The translations under genes and the position numbers were made by a program. The notes under the pieces are model-generated. The model made no database searches and was not told the origin of the DNA. It was given only the letters and a program-made list of their open reading frames with translations. A stretch of 63,496 bases of DNA, filler included, from Globobulimina sp. (lineage: Eukaryota): assembly GCA_003354225.1 (NCBI GenBank). It is 40 parts of 40 records of this genome, joined end to end, with 100 filler letters (N's around TTAATTAATTAA, not from the genome) between each part and the next. Parts side by side here need not be neighbours in the genome. Positions count along the whole stretch, not along the records: positions 36,586 to 38,074 come from PIVH01015861.1; positions 38,175 to 39,663 come from PIVH01015862.1; positions 39,764 to 41,252 come from PIVH01015863.1; positions 41,353 to 42,841 come from PIVH01015864.1; positions 42,942 to 44,430 come from PIVH01015865.1; positions 44,531 to 46,019 come from PIVH01015866.1; positions 46,120 to 47,608 come from PIVH01015867.1; positions 47,709 to 49,197 come from PIVH01015868.1; 32 more parts are not named here. One strand, given 5' to 3'. Shown in pieces: positions 36,754 through 49,582 of this stretch. Position 1 is the first letter of the stretch; every line of letters starts with the position of its first letter.

Positions 36754-38074
36754 ATGCCAACAAAATCGCCATCAATATCTGCAATAAATTGCCCCGGAAT
36801 TTGTGATATTTATAATGTAACATTAACTCATATAAACCAAACTATTTTTGAATGTCAAAAAGAGGCAAATAATAATATACCAAAACTAACTTCGAATTCA
36901 AAATCGGAAGAAACTTCGAATTCAAAATCGGAAGAAAAACGCAAGAATTATTGGCAAAAAAAAACTAGAAACTCAGATAGCAGTGGTTCTCATTCAAAAA
37001 GGAGAAGATTACAATCGTACAATAAATATAAATATAATATATATTCATCCTCATCCTCATCTTCATCGTCGTCATCATCATCCAGTGAACGGCAAAAATG
37101 TTCAGATATAAACAGTGATTCGTCCGATAGTGATTCCAGCGATGAATCTTATCCTATGTTTCCCAGTAAAGTTTGTTTGGAATACAGTGTAAAGAACTTG
37201 ATAAATAAACAGCAATGCGGTGATTTAGAGGCTGTTTTATTACCATTTTGTAGTATGGCAGATATGACCATGACTGGGGAGGATTTGGATAAGTTAATTA
37301 TAAGTATATTACCCGCAGCGTTAAGTGCAAAAGGTGTAGATAGTGATGAGGATACATTGGGCATTTTAATTTCATTTAATGATGAAAAAATTGAGACGTT
37401 TGAATTATGTTTAAAAAACGTTTTTGTTTCTACGGATATAAATAATGTACAAAGGGCAGGTTATGCGAAGTTATATGTTGATGGTAATGCGGCAATTTGT
37501 GATAATTCCGATGGTTTGGCATGTTTAAGTTTTGTGTTTGATGGTGCTGATGATATGGATGTATCTGTAATGGGGAGAAAAGATGTTGTGAATAATCATT
37601 ATTTGCCAGCAGTGGATGATATATTTTATAATGCATTGATGAATGAGAATGAAATGGATTTTAATAATGATGCAATTCAAGTGTTTGATAGAATGGATAT
37701 ATCGTTACAAGCAATATTGATATTTATTGCAATTGGTATTTTTTGTGGCTTATTGTGGGTTATTTCTATAATTTGTTTTGGAATTTGTTATCAATTTATT
37801 GATTATCAGAATATCAATGATGTGCAAATGCGACATAATACTACGTCAATCATGAAATTAAAAGGGATTATTAGTACGATAGCACATGATGACAATGACA
37901 ATGATGATACTACAAATACAGCATCAAAAGCAATTGAGAATGAAAAGAAATATGAGGAAGAATTACCAGACGACGATGTATTTCCATTTAATCAAATTAA
38001 AAAAGAATGTGAATGTGATCAAGAATCTATGCAAAGACATAAATTTGATAGGGAATCGATGAAAAGTTCCAATA
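36754..38074 (+). CDS. Single-pass membrane protein with Ser-rich tract, unknown function
   Basis: 440-codon ORF, poly-Ser, one TM segment. Confidence 0.6.
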
Positions 38075-38722
38075 NNNNNNNNNNNNNNNNNNNNNNNNNN
38101 NNNNNNNNNNNNNNNNNNTTAATTAATTAANNNNNNNNNNNNNNNNNNNNNNNNNNNNNNNNNNNNNNNNNNNNTCGTCGCCGGGCTGCCCGGCATTTCA
38201 ATGGCGCTTTCATCAACGACGGGGACATCACAAATAATTTACTATTCTTCTTTACCTTTTTCGCAAATTGAATATATTCGGCTGGGGACAACGTCATCGC
38301 CATATTGGTCTGATCTGCTGTGTGAAATTAGTTTGTTTGGTGTGTGCCGACTGCGTTTGTGTTTTGCGGATTGCCTTTGTCTGCTAAAAGTAATGCAAAC
38401 AAAGAAAGGCAGATAAAAGTAAAGTTTACTAAAGAAAAGCAAGTAAAATAAAAAAACAACTTTGTTAATCAGAAACTCATAACACTACGTTTTAAATTGT
38501 ACCAATCTAAAACTTCGAATTAAATGATATTGAATGTAATAAATGTTTTAGTATTATTTGCCAATATTATCATAAACAAATGATTTCATTTGGTTTGATG
38601 GTTTCATTTTGGTAGCAATTATTTATTTGCCTTCGATTCGCCATGCAAATATTATACTGATAAATAATAATTTAAGCTGTGTTTTTTTACTCAAACATCA
38701 AAGTTCAAATTTGTACAGTAAC

Positions 38723-39509
38723 ATGGCACAAAGTCCTTGCCCTCATAGAATAGTGGATGACATGGGATATGCATTTTGCATGGGCTCCATAGGTGGTGCA
38801 GTCTGGCACTGTGTAAAGGGATACAGGAATTCACCGCCAGGCATAAAAGCGAGATTCACCGGCTCCACCAAGGCAATCGCAGCCAGAGCACCTGTGTTAG
38901 GCGGAAACTTTGCTGTTTGGGGCTTATGTTTCTCCTCTTTCGATTGTATTTATTTGCATTTGCGAAGGAAAGATGACCCATTAAATGCAATAGCAGCGGG
39001 TGCCTCCACCGGTGCAGCCTTAGCGTGGCGAGCTGGCTTATCCTCAATGGCTAAATCTGCATTGGTGGGTGGCGTATTTTTAGCAGTTATCGAAGGTTTA
39101 GGCTTAGGCTTACAAAAAATGATGACACCAAACCAACAGCAAGGACCAATATCGCCTTATTCTACATATAAACCTGGCGGTGGCGGACCTATAGGTATGC
39201 AAACAAACAAAATGTCCGTCTGAAATTTATGGAAATTTCTAATGTGTTTCTGGTTTACATATAATTATAGGCCGTCATGTAGGTCCGTTGGATGCCAGCG
39301 ATGATAATCCAGAAAATATGATGAATACAAATATCGCAGGAGCGGATAACTCACAATCATGGAATACAAATGAAGGCGGGTTGGATGATTTGGATTTTGA
39401 ATTTGATACTTTTGGCGTGGATAAAAATGATAAATTGGACCATCACTTTGGATCTTTTGATGGGAATACAGAAAATATATCGTTTGGTGACAGCTCAGAC
39501 GAGTTATAG
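38723..39509 (+). CDS. TIM17: Mitochondrial inner-membrane translocase Tim17 (intron 39195-39270) with acidic C-terminal extension
   Basis: PCPHRIVDDMGYAFCMG, ARAPVLGGNFAVWG, RRKDDPLNAI; splice GTATGC..TAG continues in frame to 39509. Confidence 0.92.
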
Positions 39510-40039
39510 CGATGGATTTAATTTGTATGTTTCGGCAATTGACGGCAATGTAAATTAATTATCCAATATGTTATTTAATTGATGGCACCAACAATAAAAA
39601 TGTCTAATTATTGTAGTTGATTTATTAACATCGCCGTCAAGTTTATTGTTCTTTTCGGTATAANNNNNNNNNNNNNNNNNNNNNNNNNNNNNNNNNNNNN
39701 NNNNNNNTTAATTAATTAANNNNNNNNNNNNNNNNNNNNNNNNNNNNNNNNNNNNNNNNNNNNCTTCACATTAGTGCCACCATGTCGTCGTGTCATCAAT
39801 CATCTTAAAATCACAATTGCGTCCATTCACTTCGTCTATCATTATCAACACGATCCACCATTCCGCAATCCATCCACAACCATTCACAAGTTAAGACACA
39901 AAACAATAAATTTAAACAAAAAGTACATTTGCAACGCATGCATTAATTTTTAACCATCGCCATTTGTAAATTAACTCATGAAATACCCCTCCCCTTTTTT
40001 CCCCACATTTCAACAATAGAATTTAAACAAATTACAAAA

Positions 40040-41170
40040 ATGAGCCACTCTCCATCTCAAACCTCACACAATGGCATAAAACACGCGCCATACACACCAT
40101 GCCATAAACTCAATAACCGCACACAACTCGAAAACACAAGTACCAGCACATGTACACCACCGCACCAAATCAGCCGCAACATCTGCATTACGCCCGATGC
40201 TCCCAAAAAACCAACCACCTGCAAAGTCAAAGCAAAACCAGTCCGACGCATCAAATTAAAATCCACCACAACCAAAACAATTGCCAGTAAAACCCACTGC
40301 AAATCCACACCAAACATAACTAATAACTCCGGAGGCGGTACCCTTAATAATCATAATCATAATCATAATAATCATAAATACAAACGCATTAAAAACAATC
40401 TATCCCCAAACAAACACATAAAAACATACAAAAAACAGCCCGCAATGTCCCTCCACTCAGAAACAGAAAGCAAAAGCAAAGTGAATCCTATTTTGATGTT
40501 ACCCAACATAGAAACACCATTTCGCTGCAAGAGTCTGACTGACAAAGACCACCAACCATTGCGCAAGAAACGGCGGATCTCGCTCCGTGTCCCCAAATGC
40601 AAAGTGAGTGACAGTATGGAATGTGAATGGTGCGACGCCACACAAGAATGGAGGTTGTGTACCATCATCGCAGTGAAGAGCAAAGAAGGCGGTTTTTTGT
40701 ATTACGTACATTATACAGATTATAATCGCAGATTAGATCAATGGGTCTCTGGCTCGAAACTGCGTAAACCCACCGGCAAAATCAAGAAACCGTCGCAGTT
40801 ATTACTAGAAAACACCAATAATAAACGGTTGACGCGGGGGCAGAAACGCGCAGTTTTCGAGCAACACCACATTGATATTGACGAGTTTGAGGAAGAGAAT
40901 AATAATAACAATGAAGATGAGCTCTACGAGAAAATACATTTGAAAACGAATAAAATTAAAAACATCGAAAAGATTGAGTTTGGTAAATATATCATTGATT
41001 GTTGGTATTTCAGTCCGTATCCGGAAGAATATATCGGTTCTACGCGCTTGCTCTATATTTGCGAATATTGCTTGAAATATATGAAGTTTTATAATACGTA
41101 TGTCAATCATTTGGAGAATGAATGTTTTATACGGTCTTTCTGCCTCATTGTTGGTGGTAAATGCAAATGA
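40040..41170 (+). CDS. MYST histone acetyltransferase (Esa1/Tip60/MOF-like), N-terminal part
   Basis: Tudor-knot [51 protein letters not shown]2HC finger. Confidence 0.93.
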   Translation: MSHSPSQTSHNGIKHAPYTPCHKLNNRTQLENTSTSTCTPPHQISRNICITPDAPKKPTTCKVKAKPVRRIKLKSTTTKTIASKTHCKSTPNITNNSGGGTLNNHNHNHNNHKYKRIKNNLSPNKHIKTYKKQPAMSLHSETESKSKVNPILMLPNIETPFRCKSLTDKDHQPLRKKRRISLRVPKCKVSDSMECEWCDATQEWRLCTIIAVKSKEGGFLYYVHYTDYNRRLDQWVSGSKLRKPTGKIKKPSQLLLENTNNKRLTRGQKRAVFEQHHIDIDEFEEENNNNNEDELYEKIHLKTNKIKNIEKIEFGKYIIDCWYFSPYPEEYIGSTRLLYICEYCLKYMKFYNTYVNHLENECFIRSFCLIVGGKCK

Positions 41171-41352
41171 CATCAATGAAGTGAGAGATAAAGTATTAGA
41201 ATTACAAAATGTATGTTATATTTTTTGATAAATATATATTTTTTCAGAAATANNNNNNNNNNNNNNNNNNNNNNNNNNNNNNNNNNNNNNNNNNNNTTAA
41301 TTAATTAANNNNNNNNNNNNNNNNNNNNNNNNNNNNNNNNNNNNNNNNNNNN

Positions 41353-42690
41353 TTTGGAATAATTTATTCCTGTCATCTGGCTGCGTCCATGGCGGGTAAC
41401 CAATTGACCTGTTTTCACAATCAGAAATTATCACATTTTCCAAGTAAAAAAAAACACTTTAGTTTACTAGCCACAGCATGTCAGCCTCAGTTAAATGACA
41501 GTTAGCTTTGACAAAAACAAATGGAATTACATACATAATAAATAAGCAAACACCATACGACCAAACATCAGCCATTCTCGCATCAAATGTATTCACTGTT
41601 AATTTATTCTGTAATTTATAAATTTGTGGGCAACAATATGACGGTTTGCCAATAATGGAATTTGAATCGAATTCAATATTTCCATTCATATCATACTGCG
41701 TAAAACATTCCGCAGCACCGAAATCGATCAATTTTAGAGCAAAATTGGGCGCTAATTTTTTCTTATAATTCTTGTATTTGTCTCGATATGATATCCAATT
41801 TATATTTGAGATTAATATGTTTTCGAGACTGATATCCAAATGACACAGAGACACGAAAGAGTGCAACCAATTGATTAATTTTATCAATTTGCTCGCTATT
41901 AATTTGACTGTCTTTTGCCATTCCTCAACGTCTATTTTTTCGTTGTTGATTAGTTGGTGGACACAGGCTATAAATGAAAATAATTCAATACCACCATCTT
42001 CCAACACGACTATATAATTCTGCTCATTCTCGATTGTGTCGATCAGATTAATGCACTCGCACTCATTGCACTCACTGGCTTGTAATTGCAACTGCGGCGT
42101 CTCTAAATATCTCGGCTGTTTATTGATATTCTGTAACAATTCAATCTCTTTTATAATGTCTTCGTGTTCTGACCGCTGTCCATAATGCAGCTTCGATGCA
42201 ATTTTAATAACAACTGATTTTGATCCTAATTTTTTGGGCGATTTGGCTCTCCATACACTGCCTTGGTCGGTATAGCATAATTTATGTAAGGATTTGTAAC
42301 CTTTTTGGTTTAGCAATTTAAAAATCGGTTTGTCTTTGTCAAGAAAGTTCTGTTCTAATTGTTCGAATGGCTCTTGTTCTTTTTGCTGTACATGTTGGTG
42401 TTGGTGTTGTTGTTGTTGTTGTTGTTGAGGTTCTTCTGGTTGTTCTTGTGTAATATTATTAATATCGTGTTGTTTACGGGGTTGGTCCTGCATTTTTGTT
42501 CAAAATTCCATACGGTACAACAACAAATTTATTTGTTGTTAAAGATATGTGTCATAACTTGCAATAAGAATTGATCACATTCGTATTCTTTGTCATCGTC
42601 GTCGTCGTCATCAGATAACGATTTAATCCAATCGGTTGAAGATTGTTTGATAAGATGATCATGATCGACATTGATGGAACAAGATTGCAT
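41353..42690 (-). CDS. Divergent Ser/Thr protein kinase with two introns, 3' partial
   Basis: VVIK, CHLDISLEN, IDFG, IGKPSYCCPQ, ADVWSYGV; last exon SIGYPPW. Confidence 0.85.
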
Positions 42691-42789
42691 CTAAATGTTA
42701 AATACGAATTAATCAAAGAACCTGTTGGGAGCTAAACGGTTTCAGATGCACAAAAAGGGAAAGCCAACACAAAAAAACCAAGTAGCTTA

Positions 42790-42832
42790 ATGACTAGCTC
42801 ACTTCAAGAAAATCTTAATATCAGGGTTCTCA
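42790..42832. repeat. 43-bp dispersed repeat (inverted copy of 14054-14096)
   Basis: Direct comparison. Confidence 0.9.
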
Positions 42833-42942
42833 TAAGTAGTCNNNNNNNNNNNNNNNNNNNNNNNNNNNNNNNNNNNNNNNNNNNNTTAATTAATTAANNN
42901 NNNNNNNNNNNNNNNNNNNNNNNNNNNNNNNNNNNNNNNNNG

Positions 42943-44007
42943 TTATCGCTAATCATATTCGCATATAATTTCGAGAAATCTGCCATCTATCCGGCTTATT
43001 TTGAATTTGATAATTTATCGCAAATCAAATATATATTCCCGCATTTATATTTATATCCATCCACATCACAAATATACCAAATCACAAACAACAACAACGA
43101 GCACAATAACCAGGCACTCCCCACATGCCACTATGCCTCAAATCTACCCTCTTCTCCGTCAGATATATACCATCACAATTCGAGCAACAACAAAACCAAC
43201 AAATTTGGCTTATTTCTGTGTAACTTTACATTTCATTTATATTTATTTTGCGATTTTTGCTGCAGAACATCGCCATTTATTTTATCCTTCATTCAATTAT
43301 CGATCAGCATAAACATACACACTCCGAACATCAATGCCTATCTCACCTCGCAATGGCTATTTTGGGTCAATATTGCATTTCTATTTATTTTTACATTGTA
43401 TCTCTCGATACATTTCATATGGTTACACCGCAAATACAGTGATTATTTCAAACCATCGGCGCCTTTTTGGAGGTACACCATCAAAAAGTACCTAAAATGC
43501 CACTATGTCCATCCATTGCGTTCCATCCTCGACACCGAACCGTTGCTTGCCTTTTTTTTGCGAAATTGTTTGTTTTGGTTTTGTATCGTTATCATTTGTA
43601 ACATATCAATATTTGGGCTCATATTCAACCGGTCGACGTTGTATTGCCCCAAACTAAAAAAACAGGTAGAAAAGTCCATCATTCGCCAGTCTTTAATTCG
43701 TTATTTCTGCGGCTTTGTTATTATTTTATTAATGGTCATATTCGATTCTTATTACAATAATAAACAATTTTATTTTGTCGCAGTATGGACTTTTATATAT
43801 TGCATATTTGCATTATACGCTTACTTTATAATGCTGAAAATATCGCATTGTTCGTTATTGCGAATTGATGGTATTTGGATTGATAAAGTTAGGAAAAGAG
43901 GGTGGATATTATCGAGGAATGAGGAGCTCGAGGGATTGATATGGCATAGAAATTATAACAAAGCACAGTCATTTACCATCAAAAGAATGCATAAAAACAA
44001 TGTGTGA
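42943..44007 (+). CDS. Multi-pass membrane protein (possibly XK-related), 5' partial
   Basis: Frame of ORF 43396 is open back to the contig start; several TM segments, LFCDFCCR. Confidence 0.55.
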   Translation, partial: LSLIIFAYNFEKSAIYPAYFEFDNLSQIKYIFPHLYLYPSTSQIYQITNNNNEHNNQALPTCHYASNLPSSPSDIYHHNSSNNKTNKFGLFLCNFTFHLYLFCDFCCRTSPFILSFIQLSISINIHTPNINAYLTSQWLFWVNIAFLFIFTLYLSIHFIWLHRKYSDYFKPSAPFWRYTIKKYLKCHYVHPLRSILDTEPLLAFFLRNCLFWFCIVIICNISIFGLIFNRSTLYCPKLKKQVEKSIIRQSLIRYFCGFVIILLMVIFDSYYNNKQFYFVAVWTFIYCIFALYAYFIMLKISHCSLLRIDGIWIDKVRKRGWILSRNEELEGLIWHRNYNKAQSFTIKRMHKNNV

Positions 44008-44199
44008 AAGTGCAAGGATATATGTTATATTTTTTGTGAATGTTTATTTGTTTTTTATAATATGTGGTATGGGTGCTTATAAGTCACGTTACTCATCATT
44101 CTGTAATATAAAAAAATGAAAATACTTATTGAACTGATTGCATTTTTGAGAACTGTTTGATAAGTTTTTAAAAAAATCAGTACTTATCGGAAAGCCCTA
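44001..44199. mobile_element. End of a TAGGGCTTTCCGATAAGTACTG TIR element
   Basis: ~200 bp inverted match to 57344-57563; TIR related to 22275-22989. Confidence 0.85.
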
Positions 44200-44863
44200 A
44201 TGTATATTGTATATGAGTACTAGTTGTGCTATTAATTGGATGTAAATTGGATGTGCAATATGTAATGGATGCATTAATACCGTACACGTACCATGTACCA
44301 TAAATGGAATGGATTTGCTCGGAATTTATAGATATTTGATTGGAATGGGATGAAAGTGAAGTTAGCAAATGAGAAAATATTATTCTTTAAGGAAATACTT
44401 GTACAGGATCATTTCTATAGGAAATATTCTNNNNNNNNNNNNNNNNNNNNNNNNNNNNNNNNNNNNNNNNNNNNTTAATTAATTAANNNNNNNNNNNNNN
44501 NNNNNNNNNNNNNNNNNNNNNNNNNNNNNNTATTTGCGCGAATATGAAAGAGCTGAATTAGACAGAATGGAAAAATTGCAGCAATCATTTGTTTCACCAG
44601 AAAAACAAAAGGAAACTGCAGCACACAACTACGAGCAACGACGTTTAGCTGCAATCAGTCAGAAAAATCGCTGACGTTTTGTTAATATTAGACCGCATAT
44701 TTAATTGCATGCAGTCTGATTTGGTGCATACTGCATAGCATAGTTCACATTTTATTTATAATTTTTTTTACTATGATTCTGCTGAATCAGTCATAGATAA
44801 TTCACTGTTGGACGAAGTTTACAATAGCTTGAAAATAATAAATATATTGAATAGAAAGTTAAT

Positions 44864-45439
44864 TCATGGCCCTGGTTGTTTGTACCTTGTACGAAGAGCT
44901 GCTCTTTGCATAACTAGCGCTGGATTGAATTTTGTAGCATTATATACTACTGTTTGTCTGATTGAATTGCCATAAATATCCGATATCGGTTGAGTAGATG
45001 CACGAGATTGAAAGGACGCTGCTGCTGCATATTGCGGTGCCGTGTTAATTATCCTGTAATTCTTGTTGCCTGTTCTCGTATTCCTGTTAAATGGCATCGT
45101 CGATGATGTTATAGATGCCATTGAAGATTGATATCGTGGCGTATTCAAAAGTGAAGGATAACCAGATAATTGTTTTCTGAATGTTGATCTGGGAGCGGTT
45201 CTCCTTGATTGCGTCTTTGGAAATGCAGTAAATATTTCAGGTGTCATCCTCCGAGACAAACTTAATCCGGATACTTGCAACGGATTATGAGGTAATGCTT
45301 CCTTTTCAAATTTTGCTGGATTTGAACGCAATGCACTCCGATATATTCCATGTGATCTTGTATTGTTGGCATTGATTGCATGACAACTTACCGTCAATAG
45401 AATGGAAATGAGATAAGTGACAAATTGTGACATGGACAC
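44864..45439 (-). CDS. Secreted basic low-complexity protein
   Basis: Signal peptide, 191-aa Ser/Thr/Arg-rich ORF. Confidence 0.5.
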   Translation of the reverse strand: MSMSQFVTYLISILLTVSCHAINANNTRSHGIYRSALRSNPAKFEKEALPHNPLQVSGLSLSRRMTPEIFTAFPKTQSRRTAPRSTFRKQLSGYPSLLNTPRYQSSMASITSSTMPFNRNTRTGNKNYRIINTAPQYAAAASFQSRASTQPISDIYGNSIRQTVVYNATKFNPALVMQRAALRTRYKQPGP

Positions 45440-45555
45440 TTAAAATAGACTCAAAATTGCGGTCAAAAATTGCGATTAAAGTTTAAATAAGTAGAATATA
45501 TTTCCCTTAATTTAGCGGTTTTAAACTCCTAAAAAGACACCTTAGCACTAGTGTA

Positions 45556-46019
45556 ATGTTTTTGATGCCTTTAAAAAGAAAACAAATTCGTGAACAGGTT
45601 GACAATGCAGAGAATGTCATGGATTTGATTGCGATGTTGCAACAGATTCCACTTAATACAATTCAAGCATTAATAAAAAATGAATTGAAAAAATGTGATG
45701 ACAAAAAAATTAATAAAATATTTTATGACACTTATCCACTGACTGAGATATTGCCAAATGAAATCATTCAAAAAATATTGTCATTCGATGAATATTGCGT
45801 AGAAAATAGATTTTTAAACAAATCATTCAAAGCGGCATCAGAAAAGAATGATAAAATGAAATTGAAAGAAAGAAAGCAAATAATTAAATGTGAAGCAAAT
45901 GTTGATATTAAAAATAAATATTTTGCTGACGGTGCGGATGCGGAATATTGGATTATTGATCAAAATCGTACTCAATTAAACGACAAAGAAATTGAATCCG
46001 GATATAAAGGGCCAATCAA
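45556..46019 (+). CDS. F-box-like protein, N-terminal part
   Basis: PLTEILPNEIIQKILSF...NRFLNKSF. Confidence 0.55.
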
Positions 46020-46119
46020 NNNNNNNNNNNNNNNNNNNNNNNNNNNNNNNNNNNNNNNNNNNNTTAATTAATTAANNNNNNNNNNNNNNNNNNNNNNNNN
46101 NNNNNNNNNNNNNNNNNNN

Positions 46120-46841
46120 AATTTAGCACTGGCACCATTTAAAGGAAGATCAGCATATCCCAAAGCTTTATATTCTTCCATAAATGGCAATGATTCAAAC
46201 TGGTCATAAAATCGTTGTAATTGCGGATAGGTTTGTTTGTCAATAATATTTTTCTCCAATTTAACATTTGCTGAAAATAAATAATATGCCATAAAATCGC
46301 ACGTAGCAATGTTGTCTCCGGTGAACCATTTTCGTTTCCCATTTCTTAACCAATTTTCAAGTAATTTTAATTTTGGCGGAATTGTTTCTTTGAGATATTT
46401 ATCTTTTCCGTTTGGATAATTTCTATAACAAAGGTCAGCAAATGCTCTCCAAACATCTTTCATTACACCAATTATCATATCATTATACATTTTTTGTGGA
46501 TCTTTTTGCGATCCGATCATTAATTGTCTCTCTAAATAACTATAAATTGCTAATGATTCCGTAAAACGAATATGATTTTGATGATCAATTAAATAAGGAA
46601 TATTTGGGAAATCTAAATTCATTGAAAATTTAATATCATACCATTCATTACGTGCATCAAACATAATATTTTTAAATTTACATTTTTTATAAAGCAACAT
46701 CATTCTCGCCGGAGCTGCATATCCTGCGATGTTCCAATATGCCAAAGTAAATCTCAACGAATCATCTTTCTCTTCTTCTTTCGTATCTTCATTATCAATC
46801 TTGTGAATTAATTGGTCAACCAAATTTAAAACAGAAGCCAT
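46120..46841 (-). CDS. Glutathione S-transferase, mu-class-like
   Basis: LAYWNIAGYAAPARMML, LDFPNIPYLID, TESLAI, WFTGDNIATCDF. Confidence 0.92.
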
Positions 46842-47708
46842 TTAAGTTGTAACGGAAAGTAACACTTTGCAAAACCTTTAAGTTGTCATATGGTTGCGCA
46901 AAATTACTATATAGCTATCCAATTAAATAACAACCAATCACTTGTAAATATGAATATTTTACGTAATGCATTCAATAATTTAATATCTATTTAGTGAATA
47001 ATGTATGAAAATAAATTATTTGGACATAAATGAGTTATTTATAATAATATAGATATGCAACAAAAAGTATTTCATTAAGCGAAGTGGGTAGAGGCAATCA
47101 GTAGTTAGCACGGATCCGATAATATATAATAAGGAATTTAGTACATTACATCAAAAGGATTTGTTTAAATCTATTGAATAATGAAATTAAGGTGTTTAAC
47201 AAGTGCTATTTTTATATTTATTTTGTGATTGAGTTTATATTTATTGAGAAATTTGCGTTGCTTTCCTTATACTTTTCCTTTACATACCTGGTTGAACAGA
47301 AACTGGATCAAACAGTTTTTTCTGTGGGAGTTTGTTGATTGGGTATTGCACTCCATCGACCTTTGGTATTCTCTCTTGTTGTATGTCTTTGTGCTGCAAC
47401 AGTCGACGCAATTTATGCCTTAAAGTAGGTTGGCGCTCGCGCTACCTCGAACCATCACAAAATATTTCGTTTGATTCACTGCAAAAGAAGAAACCCGATC
47501 ACCACAATAGGGTTTTTGCTTTTAGTTCATTTCTTCAATGAACGCTTTGATAATTGAAGAAAAAAAAACTTTTGTCATTTAGAAACATAACATTTTGCTT
47601 TCGTCATGNNNNNNNNNNNNNNNNNNNNNNNNNNNNNNNNNNNNNNNNNNNNTTAATTAATTAANNNNNNNNNNNNNNNNNNNNNNNNNNNNNNNNNNNN
47701 NNNNNNNN

Positions 47709-49197
47709 ATGAATACGAATCTGAATCTCAATCTGAATCTGAAGACGAAGAAGAGGATGATTCTACAGATGTAAGTATATCAGACACAGTCTCAATGGAT
47801 GAAGATGATGTGGACGAATTGTTAGATTTGCCGGCTGAAAATGAAATAGTTGAAATTGAAGAGGAGGAAACACAGAGACCTCAGCAAGTATCCACTCTGC
47901 TACAACAACAGGAGGAGCAAAAAATAGCAGAAACAGTAGAAACAGACGAAAAAATTGTAGAAACGGACGAAATTCAAAGCAAAAATGACCAAACGGAGCA
48001 ACAAACAGTACAAATAAGTGAAAAAACAGAGGAAAAACCCACAGAAACCGAGGAAAAACCCGTAGAAACGGAGGAAACACACAACAAAAATGCCGAAACT
48101 GAAGAAATAATCGAGACTAAAGAGGAAATGAATATTGATAGCATCGAACAAGAACAAAACGAGGTGGAGCCACAAGAACAAATACAACTCATTGAAAATA
48201 AAGAAAAGCTGTCAGAGGAAAAGGAAACAGAAAATGAAAAAATGCTCAGCAAACCGAAAGTACGCATACCATCGCTAAACCAATCGCAATCCACCGACGT
48301 TGATCCAGATATCGGCCACACTCAACATTTGCAAATGCATATACATGGACACACTGCAGAGGCATCTGTTGATATTGACTCGTACGCCAATAAAATGTCT
48401 GCCAATGACCGAACTCAAATATTAAATGATAAAAAAAAGAAACACAACAAAAGAATGGTCAGTGTCACCTTACAAAAATTGCAAAAAGACCTAATATTAA
48501 ATGGTGGCAGTCCCGCTACCTCGCCTGCTGTGGCACTAATTGCCGGTGGGAGTGGTGGTGGTGGAGGGGACAAACAATTGCCGTTACGAGAACGGGCATT
48601 GTTATCCTATCAAAACTCAATGAAAAACCAACGTAGATGGCAGATGGAAGACGATTGGCTCTCGAAACAAAGAGCGAAACAATCACGGAAAATACCCTTG
48701 AAATCACAGAAATCATTGCAATTATTGCAGCGCGTCAAAAAATTGAATGAAAATCAGAAAAACTTTGATGATGAAACCAAATGGAGAGCAAAACTGGAGG
48801 AGAGAAACAAGAAAAATACATACAAAAAATCGCCAACTGCGCTTACTAACAATATCAACAAACAGTCGATTATTAAACCTGAAAAACCTGAGAGAATATC
48901 TACAAACACAACGAGTAAAACAGCCACGAAAGCATCTACACCAAAAACATTGGCATCGCCCGTTGCCACAAATCATCGCCGACATACATCTGCGTCGCAA
49001 CAAGCAATCATCAAAAAATTAACAAAATCCGCGGATGAATGGAAAAGAAAATATAAAGACGATGGCGATGATACCTTGAAAGAGCTAAGAAAAAAAAGTA
49101 TGTCCTCCGCGGATCGACAAAAACAAGAAAATAAAATGCAACTTTCCAATGTGCCACGGAATAATATAAATAATAAAGCAAATAAGCATAATCATAA
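47709..49197 (+). CDS. Acidic/low-complexity coiled-coil protein, partial
   Basis: ORF spans the whole contig; E/T-rich repeats. Confidence 0.7.
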
Positions 49198-49582
49198 NNN
49201 NNNNNNNNNNNNNNNNNNNNNNNNNNNNNNNNNNNNNNNNNTTAATTAATTAANNNNNNNNNNNNNNNNNNNNNNNNNNNNNNNNNNNNNNNNNNNNATT
49301 AATGTTATATTAATTCAAACAAACATATTTTTCATCTTGTAATAATCTTTCATGTGGTGGGGTATCAGATTCGTCACCTCTTTCGTGTTGATCCTCTTCT
49401 AACTGAAAGTCACTACCATCAATCCAAACGGCCAATAGCTATCTTTTTATTTATGCATTTTTTGTTGTTTTCTATCATATTTCCTATGTATATTTGGCAC
49501 CGAGCAGTGCTTAAAACTTAGTTCAAAACACTAGTCCGATCATCATGGTTCTTTTTTCTGGTTTCAACCATACATCAACAGT

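Noticed and set aside
47763-49022. Many antisense and alternate-frame ORFs (also at 19275-20407 and 62227-62934)
   Set aside because: Shadows of low-complexity or GC-richer true CDSs
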